Shown piece after piece: positions 1 to 11,300 of a stretch of DNA of 64,000 bases. This DNA comes from Raillietiella orientalis (Eukaryota): NCBI GenBank assembly GCA_036172245.1, contig JAYWIR010000036.1, positions 930,001 through 994,000 on the forward strand, written 5' to 3'. Positions within the stretch are counted from its first letter, which is position 1; every line of letters starts with the position of its first letter. The notes under the pieces are model-generated. The model was not told the DNA's origin. It did no database searches and worked only from the letters and a program-made list of their open reading frames with translations. The position numbers and the translations under genes were made by a program.

Positions 1-180
1 ACGAGCAGGTGCAGGAGGGACTCTCTTTCGCCACATCTGCTGCAGTTGGGGCTCACCTATTCCCCTGGGTCCAATGGTGTCGGCGGACGTTGCACGGGAG
101 ATCCCAGTGCGACAGAAGGATTGCCGACTCCTGCCACTCTAAGGGGAGGGTTGCACTGTTCCAGCACGCTGGTTGATCGC
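1..180 (-). mobile_element. L1/Tx1-clade retrotransposon fragment (family 1, ORF2 C-terminal zinc-finger region), running off the window start
   Basis: The reverse complement encodes LPLEWQESAILLSHWDLPCNVRRHHW and, frameshifted, VSPNCSRCGERESLLHLL. It is nearly colinear with 48170-48325. Confidence 0.8.
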
Positions 181-1269
181 GTTGTGTAACGGCTGTGTCC
201 ATTCCCCGACACCTCCGTCGCGTTCACGGGGGGTACACTGCAAGAGCATCCGTTTCAGCATGCGTGGCAATTTCGCAGGCGGTGGAGACGAAACGGTGTG
301 AGATCATTAGGTGTGAGGTCGACGGTATTTCACCGCGCAACCAAAATTCCGTCTTCGAACGAGGCCGCATTAGAAGAGTATTTTTCTCGTCCCAGAGTTT
401 CATTTTTAGGGTTTTTTTTTTCTTCTTGCAGCACCTTTCCAAGGCTCGTGCCCACGCACTAAAGAAGTCATCTCCTTCAGCCCAGTCACCAAAGCGAGAT
501 ACGCATTCTTCACGCGTTCATCGGCGTCCCGTTCGATTTCTTTCCGGTCCTTTTCGATTTCTTTCTTGTAAAGCAGGACAACCCCGCAAAACGAACGGAC
601 AAGAAACAACACGATGGGTGATCTGGAGGACGGTGAAGTTCGCCGCGAGATGAAGTTTGCGGGTGCTCTTGAGTGAGAAGCAGGGAGGACCGAAGAATGG
701 TGCGCGGACAGCAGCAGCGACGTCTTGAAGAACACACTCTCCAGAAAGGGAGGCTTCCTGACGAGTGTGCGTCCCGGATCAGGGATAAGCTGAGCCTTTC
801 GTGTTTTATGTTCTCGAGAAAATTAACGAGCAATGAGAAGATGGGGTAAAGGAAGGGGAGGAGGAGGGGTCGAGGGAAACCCGCGAAACACAAGCGCGGA
901 CACCGGGGAGACGCGTGGCTCATCGTGCGGATCGCCATGCGATGCCGTTGCCTCTCCTCGGCCATTTTCGAATGCACCCAAGGCCCACCGGGGATTGTTC
1001 TGCAGGAGGTGACCATCGAGACGGGCGCGGTGGAGTCGTGCGGACGGTTGCGCGCGCCCACTTTCGCCGCCTGCCGAAAGTGACGAACTCGGAACGTGCG
1101 CTGCTTGCAGGTGTTTTTTGTTTTTGTTTTTCCTTTTCCCTCCCTCCTCCTCTCTCTTTTGGTATCTTTTTAGCCTGACGATCTTCCAGTTTTCCTCTGT
1201 CAGAGGTGCAGCAGAAGGTGCGGCAGTCGGATTTTCCCGCCCTCGTTTGTTGCTCATCGTGCGCACAAG

Positions 1270-2820
1270 AAGCGAGTGGTACCGTTCCTCCTTCTTGGAG
1301 CATCAGCAGCGCGGGCAAGAAACCACCAGCGGCGAAGGCTGCCTTCTTGAGGACGGAGACACCTCAGAAGGTAGGAGCGGGGCTCCATCGGACTCGAGCT
1401 GGTAGCTGCTGGTTCCGTGACGTCATCACCAAGACTTTCGAAATGCGCCCTTTTCCACTCTTGGTTACCTGCCTGCTCCTGCACCCCGATTTCTCCTGGA
1501 AGCTCCCGGTTCGGGGTGCCAGGACCGACGCACTCTCTTCGTGGACCCGGAAACTGTCGTCGGGAGCGCCTGCAGGGAAATTCGGAAGCGTTCCCTCCGG
1601 GGTTCTTTTCAGGGGAGGATGAAACAGGGGACGCATCCCTTGCCCGGGAGTCCCTCCGGAGAAGGAAATTCCAGGTGCCCTCGTTGGATCAGCCATGTGG
1701 CTGCAGTCTCCGCGCATGGCGCCGAGCTTCGCGGGTTCGATTTCCCCCCGCGAGATGACGCTGGTTGGTCTATTCAGGTGTGGCAGTGGCGGAAGCCGGA
1801 AATCCCCGGATGCCCCCTATGAGTGGCTGGGATTGGAAGTTGATCCTCCGAGGTCCTTCCAGGGCATCAAGCCCTTCAAGGTTCCCCTCTGGTTGTGAAA
1901 ATGGGGACGCCCTACCCTCCATCGCGTACTATGGAGCTGTATGACACCCCTTTCGGGGTTACCTCTCCAGCGTGCTAAGGAGCTCTCTATTCCCTTCGAA
2001 GTTCTCGTCAGAGGAGGAAACTGAGAGAGGATCCTTTCTGGGTTTCCTTCGGAGAAGCAAGAGGGGAGCGACTCCCTCCTGGGAGTCATTCCGGAGAGGA
2101 TGAGAAAGAGCTGGTTCTCTTTGGACTTCCCTCCCAAGGCGGAAGAGGAACAGAGTCCTCCTTCCAGAGCCTTCCTGGATTCGTAGAGTGGTTCCCCTCC
2201 CCCTCCTGGGGTACGCCCCACAACTCGAACAGTAACGACACTCACTCTCGGGTGGTGTGGACGGTGCTTCAGGAGCTTTGTGAGTCGGCCTACGTAGCGG
2301 GGATGACGCAGGAATGCTTTCAGGGAAATCTGGAACGGGAGCAAAGAGGCCATAAATAAAGTAAAAAAAAAAAGGGGTAGGGTAGGAGAACGTTCCTGAG
2401 CACATGCCTTCTTTCCTGAAAGCAGCTGTGCGTGATGGCGCCCCGGCCTGACCCCCTGCCTCACCGCAGTCCGGCTGCCTCTTCCTGGATGATGGAAATG
2501 AGGGATGGAGTGCAGGAAGCTGTTCTTCCGGCTGCTCAAGGAGGCGCTCCTGCTGGACTCGAGGACCTTCGTCGCCCTGGACACGGTGAGCCTTCCCGAC
2601 GCCGCTACTGGACTCCGCCCTTCACACGAAAGGGAGAAAACACAACGCACCTCCGCGCGCGCGCTCACCTGCTCTGGGTGCGCGGTGCTGCGTTTCCTCG
2701 TCCACACACGCTCCCCCTTCCCACACAGGGATCTTCCCCGTGGACCTGGTTGACGCCCCCCTCGGAGTTGCCTCTCTAGAGTGCTAGGAAGCTCGCCTCT
2801 CCCTTCGGGGTTCTCTTCAG
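1270..2820 (+). mobile_element. Decayed repeat, probably a second L1-like family (ORF2 C-terminal region), interrupted by a SINE
   Basis: 1820-2030 resembles 63720-63910 (same strand) and 2755-2820. The reverse complement of 1990-2260 resembles 33655-33900 (TTTCCTCCTCTGACGAGAACTTCGAAGGGA vs TTTCTTCCTCTGAAGAGAACCCCGAAGGGA). A CxxC remnant, WCGRC, is present. The L1 assignment is inferred. Confidence 0.5.
1682..1816 (+). mobile_element. tRNA-derived SINE-like element (same family as 3243-3430, opposite orientation)
   Basis: The blocks GCCATGTGGCTGCAGT, GCGGGTTCGATTTCCC, CGAGATGACGCTGGTTGG and GGATGCCCC match the minus-strand copy. Confidence 0.65.
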
Positions 2821-3242
2821 GGTAAAGTTTTCAACTAGCGATAATTACGCCTCCGCAAACGTCCTCGGCTATAATATTGCCCGTGCCAACTGCGAGATCG
2901 CAGGCAGGTGGAAGCTGTTGAGAGGATGGATGGACCACAGAGCAGCTGATCGAACCCGAGTGCCCTTCCACGAGGACTTCAACACTGGGACGAGCTGCCC
3001 ATCGGTTTCCTTAGTCCAGACCCGAAGCGGCCCCGGTGTTCGTGTACCGCAGCGCCCTCCCCTGAAGTGACGGGAGTCGGTCCTTCCGCTGTTGCACCGG
3101 GATCTTCCCCTGCAGAGCCAGCCGTCATCACTGGGCACTGGGGAGTGAACAGGGACACAGGGACTCATTTGCACAACCGGAGGGGAGCTCCCCCTCCTTC
3201 GTTCCTGGAATGATGCGGAGGTCGACTCCCCTTGTTCCGGAC

Positions 3243-3430
3243 CTCATCGGGGCATCCAGTTTGAACCACTACCGGCTCCGCACCCGAATGCAGGCCAACG
3301 AGTGTCATCTCGAGGGAGGAACTCGAACCCACGACGCGCACGAACTCTCGGCGTCGATCCTCCCCGCGGGGATTCGAACCCGCGACGCCTGGTGCCACGC
3401 GCGACCACTGTAACCACATGGCCTCCAACG
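3243..3430 (-). mobile_element. tRNA-derived SINE-like element with an A box and two B boxes
   Basis: On the minus strand, the A-box-like TGGTTACAGTGG is at 3416-3405, the B box GGTTCGAATCC at 3380-3370 and a second B-box-like GGTTCGAGTTC at 3329-3319. The body is homologous to 1682-1816. There is no complete cloverleaf. Confidence 0.7.
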
Positions 3431-3537
3431 CGGGTCAAAAAAGGCAGGCTCTACAAAAAATCACTAGTTTATTGCGTGTTTGGCTGGAACGAGAGGGGGA
3501 GACGTGCATTCTAGAAGAATTCGTGGGGTGGAAGAGC

Positions 3538-3786
3538 TCACTCTCGCCTCTGAGCTTCCGTCCTCAGGATCAGGTAGGAATTGACTGCGATGAACAAGTA
3601 GCACTCGAAACCGATGTACAGGAGGTAGGCGATTACGTGGAGGAGCAAGCGGATTATGAATTCCCCCACGTTTCCTAGGAAAAGGTCGAAGCTCAGCACC
3701 GCCTTCACCACCATGAGCACAGCATCAAAGAAAATCTTGAACTGCAGAGCTAGCATCCACAGTTCGAAATATATGGCGTCCGCAGA
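3538..3786 (-). CDS. Terminal exon of four-TM paralog A (orphan or alternative last exon)
   Basis: The acceptor TATTTTCAG is phase 0 and the exon encodes SADAIYFELWMLALQFKIFFDAVLMVVKAV...IGFECYLFIAVNSYLILRTEAQRRE*. It aligns with the 8038-8316 exon (FELWMLALQFKIFFD vs FDLWLTGMQLKILMD). A minus-strand AATAAA lies at 3468-3473. I found no convincing dedicated exons 1-2. Confidence 0.72.
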   Translation of the reverse strand, partial: SADAIYFELWMLALQFKIFFDAVLMVVKAVLSFDLFLGNVGEFIIRLLLHVIAYLLYIGFECYLFIAVNSYLILRTEAQRRE

Positions 3787-4504
3787 CTGAAAATACACCA
3801 CGTGAGAGCTTCTCGGGGGAGGGGGACTTTGGTTTCTTTCCTGACTTTCCCAAAAACAGGCAGGCAAACCCGAAAGGGGAGAAAGAATTGCATCGAGTCG
3901 GCGGAACGCGGGAAGAGGAGGAGGGGCGGAGGGAAAACGGTCGCGTGCAACGTCCGCCGTTGCTGCCCGCTTTCAGCACCGCCCGCGCAAACCGACCCTC
4001 CTCTTGCACCGGGTCGGAGCGGGCCACGTCCCCCCCCCCCCCGTCCTCCGTGCACCATCGTCTTCCTCCTCGCACGTGGACAGCCGGGGGTGAATCCCAT
4101 CTTTCCCGAGACCGTGTTTGCCGCTTGCCTTCGCGCGTCTTGCCACACCGCGGGCGTGGCGAAGATCTATCCGGTGATGGGGGGAATGGGGGGGGGGGGG
4201 CTTCCTCGATCGACGCACAAATGGGACGTGGCAGTGAAAGTGATCAGACAGAGGGGTTCCGTTAATTAGCTGCGCGGGAAGAGCTCGCAAACACTCGACG
4301 GGACCCGCGCCGCACAGCAGAACACGCACATCCAGACTGCACGCGCCTCTTCCCAGCGTCGCCCGCAACCTCCACGAGGTCGCAGCCGGTCCCTTGCGCT
4401 CGTGAGGTTTGAGAGATGCTGTTTCTTGTAACCAGACGTGAGGGTTATGTGGGGGGAGGGGGGGGGGCAGACCACGTCACTCGAACGATGCCGTGAAAAC
4501 TTAG

Positions 4505-4880
4505 AATACGTATATACATATGCGTATTAAAAATTAGAGTACGTATATATATATATATACATTATTCTAATTTTGCAGAATACATATATGTATATACATG
4601 TGAAATGACAGAGACCCGCAGACTTCAAGTGAACACCAGTGAACTCGTGTGCAGTTTTTGTGCAATTTGTAGGAATATGAGATTGTAGTGTGAATGAAGA
4701 AAAAGAGAAAATAAATTCATCCCACCCCTTGTGGGACTTGGGGAAACTACAATATATATTTATGTATACATATTCTAATTTTACAAGCACACACATATGC
4801 GTATGCGTGTGTGTACGTGTGTGTCGTTGTCATGTGGCGTATGTGTGCGGGTGCCGTTGTGATGTGTGTGTGTGTGTAAG
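4505..4880. repeat. (TA)n and (TG)n microsatellite-rich segment
   Basis: TA runs at 4510-4600 and TG runs at 4795-4877. Confidence 0.75.
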
Positions 4881-4953
4881 AGTGACGTCAAATGAGCTTC
4901 TGAGAACCATGGTGAACACCACTCGAGAATTCAAATGGAGCTGCTGACCAGTC

Positions 4954-5759
4954 GGGAGAGCTCATGACCCTGAATTTGGAAACTACAAAGGGTGAAGCTC
5001 AGCTAAGCACGGGAAGCTGAGAAGGAATTCGTGCAGCGATGGAACGGGAGTGATGGAGGAGACTGACGGTGCAGAATCGCCTTCTTAAAAGGGACCCAGG
5101 CACGTGCGGTGTGTTCTTTGACTGACACGTGTTTAACCAGCCGTTTTCAACATCCTTAAGCGAGATTTAAAGCGACGGGGCTTTTGGAGGACGCGTTCTG
5201 AACGTGCTGTCCTTTGCTCATTAAGGCGCACTTGGACGAAGGTTTCCTTCGTCAGTGGGAGCAGTGCCGGAGGCGCTGCTGAACACCGCAACGAGCCAAA
5301 TGCGTGTTTTTTCTGCGGGCAGCTACAAAGCGGTAGGTGGGCAAATGTCCCTTCTCCTGGGACCGGGAGCGTTCGTGTTGGTCGAGAGGATGCTGCCGCG
5401 TTGGATTTGCCAGTTGGGGCCGAAATCTGAACCATGCAGGTGCGTCGAGATGCTCGCGACCCACAATGACAGAGCCCAAGGCGTACGGCGACGGGGAAAC
5501 CTTTCCCGTACGTGGGAACCTCTGAACTTTGCCAGCTTCGTCTCCCGGTGAGGTAGCGAAGAAGTCCGTGGCAGCAGCCTCGGAACGCTCCTGTGGGAAA
5601 ATCACTTCCGTGTTCGAATGGGGGTCGAAAGATTCTCCGAGAGGGAGGGATAGCTCCCGACCCTGGATTTGGCAACTACAACGGTGATGTCAGCTACGCA
5701 CGGGAAGCCGAGAAAGGGATTTATGCAACGATGGAACGGGACTGATGGAGGAGACTGAC
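4954..5759. repeat. Diverged ~113-bp direct repeat pair (4954-5067 and 5647-5759)
   Basis: Both copies contain GACCCTG.ATTTGG.AACTACAA, GCACGGGAAGC.GAGAA and CGATGGAACGGGA.TGATGGAGGAGACTGAC. Confidence 0.85.
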
Positions 5760-8037
5760 CGCACACAGGGTCACTTTCTCAAAACGATTGTTCGGATGAT
5801 TTGAGGTTCGCTGTCCACGGAAACGGAATCCGGAAAAAACGCTGACATTCTCTGCGACGAAGATTTTCGGTTCTCCGTTGGTTGCAACGCATCCCGAGGG
5901 ATCATGACGTCACACGTTCATCGTCGTGCATAACGAAAAATCGTGCGTGTGAGCGAAAATTCCCATCCATCCATTGCATTCATAAAGTAATGCGATCTGT
6001 TAGGGGAAGGGATACAAAAAGGGAAGAAAAAAAAAAAAAAATGCTCGAGGGAACCCATGACGTTCGGAAACCACATACAGCGGGGAAGTGCCCATTCCGT
6101 TGCTTGGGGCTGCGTCGAGCGTGGGCTCCAGTTCTCAGGAAGGGTCAAAGTGCGACACTGCCACCTCAATCCGGGAAGGAGCCTCCATGCGATTCTCTCC
6201 GTGTGTTCCGATCAACAGCGGCGACTTTCCTATGCGCCGAGCGACCAGCGCGCCCCTTTTGCTTCGGTGCCGGATGGACGCGCCCGTGGTGTTCCCGATC
6301 TGTGCCTCCAACCGGAACTTCGCCGCTGCATTTTTCGAGGAACCTCTCGCAGTCCCGATGAAAAAGGAAAGCCTCCCGCGGCCTCTTTCCGGAACGACCC
6401 GTTCGTGTCCACCCGCGCGACGCAAGCCCAAGAAGGACTTCCGGAAACCGCGCGCACCACGCGCGGCCGGTGGGTCCGCGAGCTCTTCGGCGGGAAACTT
6501 TTCCAAGCTTTTTGCAGCTGGAAGATCCGCCCGTCCTGCCGGAGAGGTCAAACTGAGGCTGGCTCTTGCATCTCGTGCTTCCGCCGAGGGAGGGGCTTCA
6601 CGAACGGAGGCGAAGTTTTCGAAGACTGGCGAGACCTACTGCTGGTAAGGAGTCCCTGCGGGAGAGTTGCTGGCCGATTCATCCGGCGGGAGGGTTTGCG
6701 GGCGTGAGAGGCACAAGATGGGGGAGCCGAAGGCGCGGCGCCTGGATTTCCCCGCGCAGAACCAGCCGTCCGCCCGGATGAGCAAAGCTTGCGGGTTGAC
6801 CACTCACTGGACCGCTCCGCCTTGCGCCGAGCGGGAGCCGCTGAAGTCGCCTCGCGCGCCTCGACTCTGCTGGATCGATGCAGCTCGATTCGAGGACTGA
6901 CGGATGACGGCTTCCCCAGCACGGTTTTGCTCACAGCATCCGTCTGCCACGGCAGGACCGGACCGGAACCGAACGGTGCGCGCTGCCAGTCGCTGAGTGG
7001 GGGGGGAGGGGGGGGCGCCGACGACGACAAGTGGATGGTCGCACGCTTGCAGCGCGTTCCGGCGGCGTCGCAACTCGTTCCCGAGACGATCCTTCGCGTT
7101 TCTCCAGAGGTTTCAGTCTCAAACGTATGTGTATTTTCGTCCTTCTTCTACTGTCGCGTGCCTTTTTTTTTTCCTCATCAACTGCTAAACAGGACGGGAA
7201 GGTCCTTAATTGATGATGCGACGGAGGCTGTTCTGCTAGAGAAACCACTCGGTCTCCGCACGTGGATGGCTCTGAGCCAGCTCCCGCAGGCGACCACCAC
7301 CCGCAAACACGAAACACGCAATATGCCCCCGTGAAGCCGAGAAAGTCTTCCAAAGGTTATGCTCCCTCGAGAGTCACGCCCTGCTGCCTGTTTCTCGGCT
7401 TCTCATGGAGTAGAGGAAGGAGAAGCACCCTCGCGACGGTTCGCTTGCAGCGAGGGAGCACCCCGGAGGAAGACTGCGTGAGAGCATGTCAGGTTTTATT
7501 CTTCCCACGGGAAGCAGGTGACAGCGAAGACCTACAACGGCACGGGAAAGACAGCTGTCTCTAGCATCCGCTGGTTTCGCCACCGCTCTCGAACTGGAGA
7601 TGATCGAAAGTTAACCGGAGTGGAAGGCGCGGGGGAGAAGGAAGGGGAGGGGGGGGGGGGAAATCGCCTCTTTTCACCCTAGTGAACACTCCTCGACTTC
7701 TGGAAAAATGGAGCGGGACTAAAAAAGGCACAGACTCTTCGAGATGCACGGGTTTTTTCCTTCTCGAGGAGGGGGATGTGCACAGGGAGGGAAAGACAAG
7801 CACACACCAGTCCGCTGCTGTCTTCGCCGCGTTGCTGCCTCGGTGCAGAGAGCGCCTACAGCCGCGCGGCGGTGGTTCCAGCTCTCACGAGGTTGCAACC
7901 CTCAGCCGCGCTCCTGAACCGTTCAGCAGGAAGGGTGGTCGGTCGGTCGGTCGGGCGAGCGAGCCTCAGTGCTTGCGCCCCTTCCGCTCGTCGACGGACT
8001 TCATCAAAGAACAAGAATTTTTATTGGCACACATCGT

Positions 8038-8316
8038 TCACCACTTCTCGATAGTGGGGTTCACGTGGTACAACCTCCTTTGGTAGGAAAAGGTGCACCA
8101 GAACAAGTAGCTTTCCATCATTACGAACAGAATGGAGCGCAATTCAAACAGGAGCAGATCTTTGAGCATCGTCAACAGGTTGCGTCTTTCCTCTGGTTTC
8201 TTTTTATAAACACTCTCGGAGAAGAATATAGGCTTAATGATCATGACCGTAACATCCATCAGAATCTTGAGTTGCATACCCGTCAGCCAAAGATCAAAGT
8301 CCGAATAGCGGGCATC
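8038..8316 (-). CDS. Terminal exon of a four-TM paralog (probably exon 3 of paralog B, across a ~9-kb intron; 145 aa total)
   Basis: The acceptor TTCTTATTCTTAG is phase 0 and the exon encodes DARYSDFDLWLTGMQLKILMDVTVMIIKP...MMESYLFWCTFSYQRRLYHVNPTIEKW*. It shares the W-x3-[ML]-x2-K-I-x2-D and E-x-[YH]-L...SY motifs with paralogs A and C. A minus-strand AATAAA lies at 8020-8025. The link to the 17.3-kb exons is inferred. Confidence 0.75.
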   Translation of the reverse strand, partial: DARYSDFDLWLTGMQLKILMDVTVMIIKPIFFSESVYKKKPEERRNLLTMLKDLLLFELRSILFVMMESYLFWCTFSYQRRLYHVNPTIEKW

Positions 8317-11300
8317 CTAAGAATAAGAACATCAGTATGAAGGTTGCTGGTTGGGGTCAACTTATTTTACAGCAATTTTGAAAGCGGGATTTCCGTTTCC
8401 TCCGCCTCCGTTTTTGTTTTTTTATCAGAATTTATCGTTAGCGAACTTTCGTTTTCATTTTTACTTTCCCCTCTGAACAAGTCGACGGGGTCGCATCGCG
8501 TCCCGAAACGCCGGTGGGATCCGACGATCGTCTTTTGCATCCCCCTCGGAAAAGGAGTCCACCGCACCCCAAAATCACGGCGAGTGGGAAAGACGCGGCA
8601 AGAACATCGCTTGGAAGATGTTCCGGCAGACGGCGAACCCCTCGTCTGGCAACCGTGGAGGTCCACCTTCCATCGAGGTGGAATGGACGGATCGAATCGT
8701 CCACCTGCACTCTGCAGCAGCGGCAGTGCAGTAGCCGGTTTCGCGTTCCGCGTCGAGCAGTCCGCATTCCTTTCATTTCTTCGGGGGGGGGAGGGGGACC
8801 GACAGAAATGCCAAGCATCTGCAAAGGCAGCCCCCACCCCGAGCCCAGTCTCGCATTCGGTTGCTGCTTGGTGACGCACGGGAAGCCAAGTCAAGCCTGA
8901 CACGGTGTTCAGCAGCCTCGATGCCCTTCCCGAGTTTATCCACCAGATGCTGCGCGTTCAGAGGCGTGCACCATCCTCCTGCGCTTTCCTGGATCGTCGA
9001 CCCAGCAGACCTGAGCAACTTCACCGGGAATGGCTGCTAACTGGATTAGGATGGCACCTCGAAAATCTCGAGGTCGGACAACGGGTTCGGGATGGATCGC
9101 ATTTCGAACGCTCGAGCGTACCCTTGCACCGCGATCCTTCATCTTTCATTCCCTCTTTGATAGGAACGCGACTCGAGTGCCTGTGGCAGTAATCATCCTA
9201 AATGCATCCATTAATTCTTCGCCAGTCTTTCAGGCAGGAGTCCGTTGACAGGCTTCCCACTGTCGTCAAGCTGTTCATTTGTTTTCCCTTCCTCGCCGAT
9301 GCTTAACAGTCAACGACTCTAAGGTTAAGTATTCCTTTAATATTAATTTGTCTTCGGCAAGTTCCCCACGTCTGGAATCCACCGGAGAACATTTATTACC
9401 ACTGATAATGGGTGGAAAAAACAAAATAAAATAAATACACCTCGAGGAATAAATATGCGTTCTTCAAGATGCAGATGTGCGCAGTTGTCGGCCGCCTCTT
9501 TCGGAATACGAGAAATTCTGGAAAATCCGGGCGGAAAAAAAGTCTGCTTGTGCGCGCGCGGGTGTTCCTCCCCCCCAACTTTTCCTCAAGACGCAACTTT
9601 AACGTTTACTTTCCGGTTCTTTGAGGCATTACAATTTTAACGCGGGGGCCACTCATGCATTAATAAACAAGCTTTATTAATTTATTGCGGCTTGGCATCT
9701 TCCTGTGTCAGGAATGGTGTTTTGATTTTTACTCTCAGAGGTTGCTTGGATTTATGATTGCCAACTTCCTCTGGACCAAGTTTGGTGCGCGATTCGGGAA
9801 ACTTGGAAGTCTGTCGGGATGACGAAACCGGGCGAACGTCAAAATGTGCAGGGGCTTCCTGCAGCAGCCGCGGAAGAGACGCGTGCCCAGCTGGGGGGCG
9901 GTGGCGGCCATGCAAACAACGGACTCTTTTGAAAGCCCAGTTTTGCGGCCACCTGAAATGAAGCACCTGAAACGCAGCCGCGCGGATCCACACCGCCGCG
10001 ATGAAGCACTCTCTACCTGCAGAACCGGGAACGGAGTTGGTGAATTCGAAAGATGAAATGCAAGGAATGCGTTCGTTTCATCACGGGGTTAAGGCAACCT
10101 TCGCGGTAATCATCCCGAGCTGCCGCTATGGTGAATTTGCAAGGAATCCGACGCGTGTAAGCCTCCTTGAGAGTAAAATTGAAACCATAGCGAATGGTTG
10201 CTATAATTGAAATCCTGCTTCACCAACGGTGCTCCAGCTTGATCAGAAGGCAAAAAAAAAAAAACAAGAAAAAGGAAAAAGAAAAAGACAGGATTCCCAA
10301 GGGGAAACATTTGTTCAATTGTCCCCCAAGTGTACTTGGACTTTCGATTCTGAAGTGGCCTCCGGCATTTTCCCCCATTTCCCGTTGCTATCACAACGTG
10401 TGTCCCTTGCCACGGCGCCCGCCATCATCTCCGCCGGCTCTGTCACGTGACCCGAATCGCCGCCGGAACCTGCGTTCCTTGCGTCAGCCTTGCTGCACCT
10501 CGGGTTTCTTTGCCTTTCAGCGAGCAAGTTCCCAATCGTGTGCCCGTCTGCGTTGCAGCGAAAGAACAGAAGGATGTGTCCGTGCGCACGGGGAACCAAT
10601 GCACATGGCAGCTCGAACTGACCACACCAGCAGGTGCGTTGGTTGACCTCTTGATGCGTTCCGGTTGCATTCTAGATGGGAAGGTTCCTCTCAGCAGTAC
10701 TAAAACCGGGAGCTCATCTTCGTCGTCTCACTTCGCTAGCAAAGACGCCTTGGTGTTTTTCAACTGCTCTCTTTAGGAAAGGAACTGACTGCTCCTCGAT
10801 GCATCGGATATGTCGCAAACATTCTTGCATCAGACTCCAAATCACTGGTGTGAGGAAACGGGTGATTTCCCTATCCAGCTCGCTTCACGGATTCAATCGG
10901 TGTTTCCGCTAAGGTGATGCGGCAATACTTTGCTCGGTGATGTTGAGAACTGACCTTTTCCGAACCAAAGAGCTGTTATTTGTGTAACTCGTTTTAACAT
11001 CGAGTTGCGTTCTTTTTGCGGATTTCACTTTCCGTTCTTCAAATTGGAATCCTTTTTTTCTTCGAGTCTGAACTCTTCTCGAGTTCAAGAGCCCCAACCT
11101 GTTTTTGTGCCTGTTGCAAAGGAACTCGAACATGTTTAAGGGAGGCTGACGCAAGCTCGGATGAATTCATCCGACTTAAGATTCCACATACCACATCGCC
11201 TTCCACGGCAGCCACACAGTTTACGAACATGTTTTTTTTTTTTTGGAAATTCACAGACGTGCATGTTAGGTATGTGAATTTCACGCGGATTCCCGACACA

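Noticed and set aside
3360..3430. Possible tRNA gene (A and B boxes)
   Set aside because: No acceptor or anticodon stems could be built, and the sequence continues into a body shared with 1682-1816, so I called it a SINE.
4266..4370. Candidate exon 1 for the 3538-3786 exon (CSLDVRVLL / MCVFCC)
   Set aside because: The resemblance is weak, and there is no suitable donor or 57-nt exon 2. A decayed exon cannot be fully excluded.
8900..9142. Candidate exon 1/2 for the 8038-8316 exon (EPVVR...; HLVDKL...)
   Set aside because: The phases are incompatible, the segment is not hydrophobic and there is no 57-nt exon. The 17314-17527 exons fit far better.
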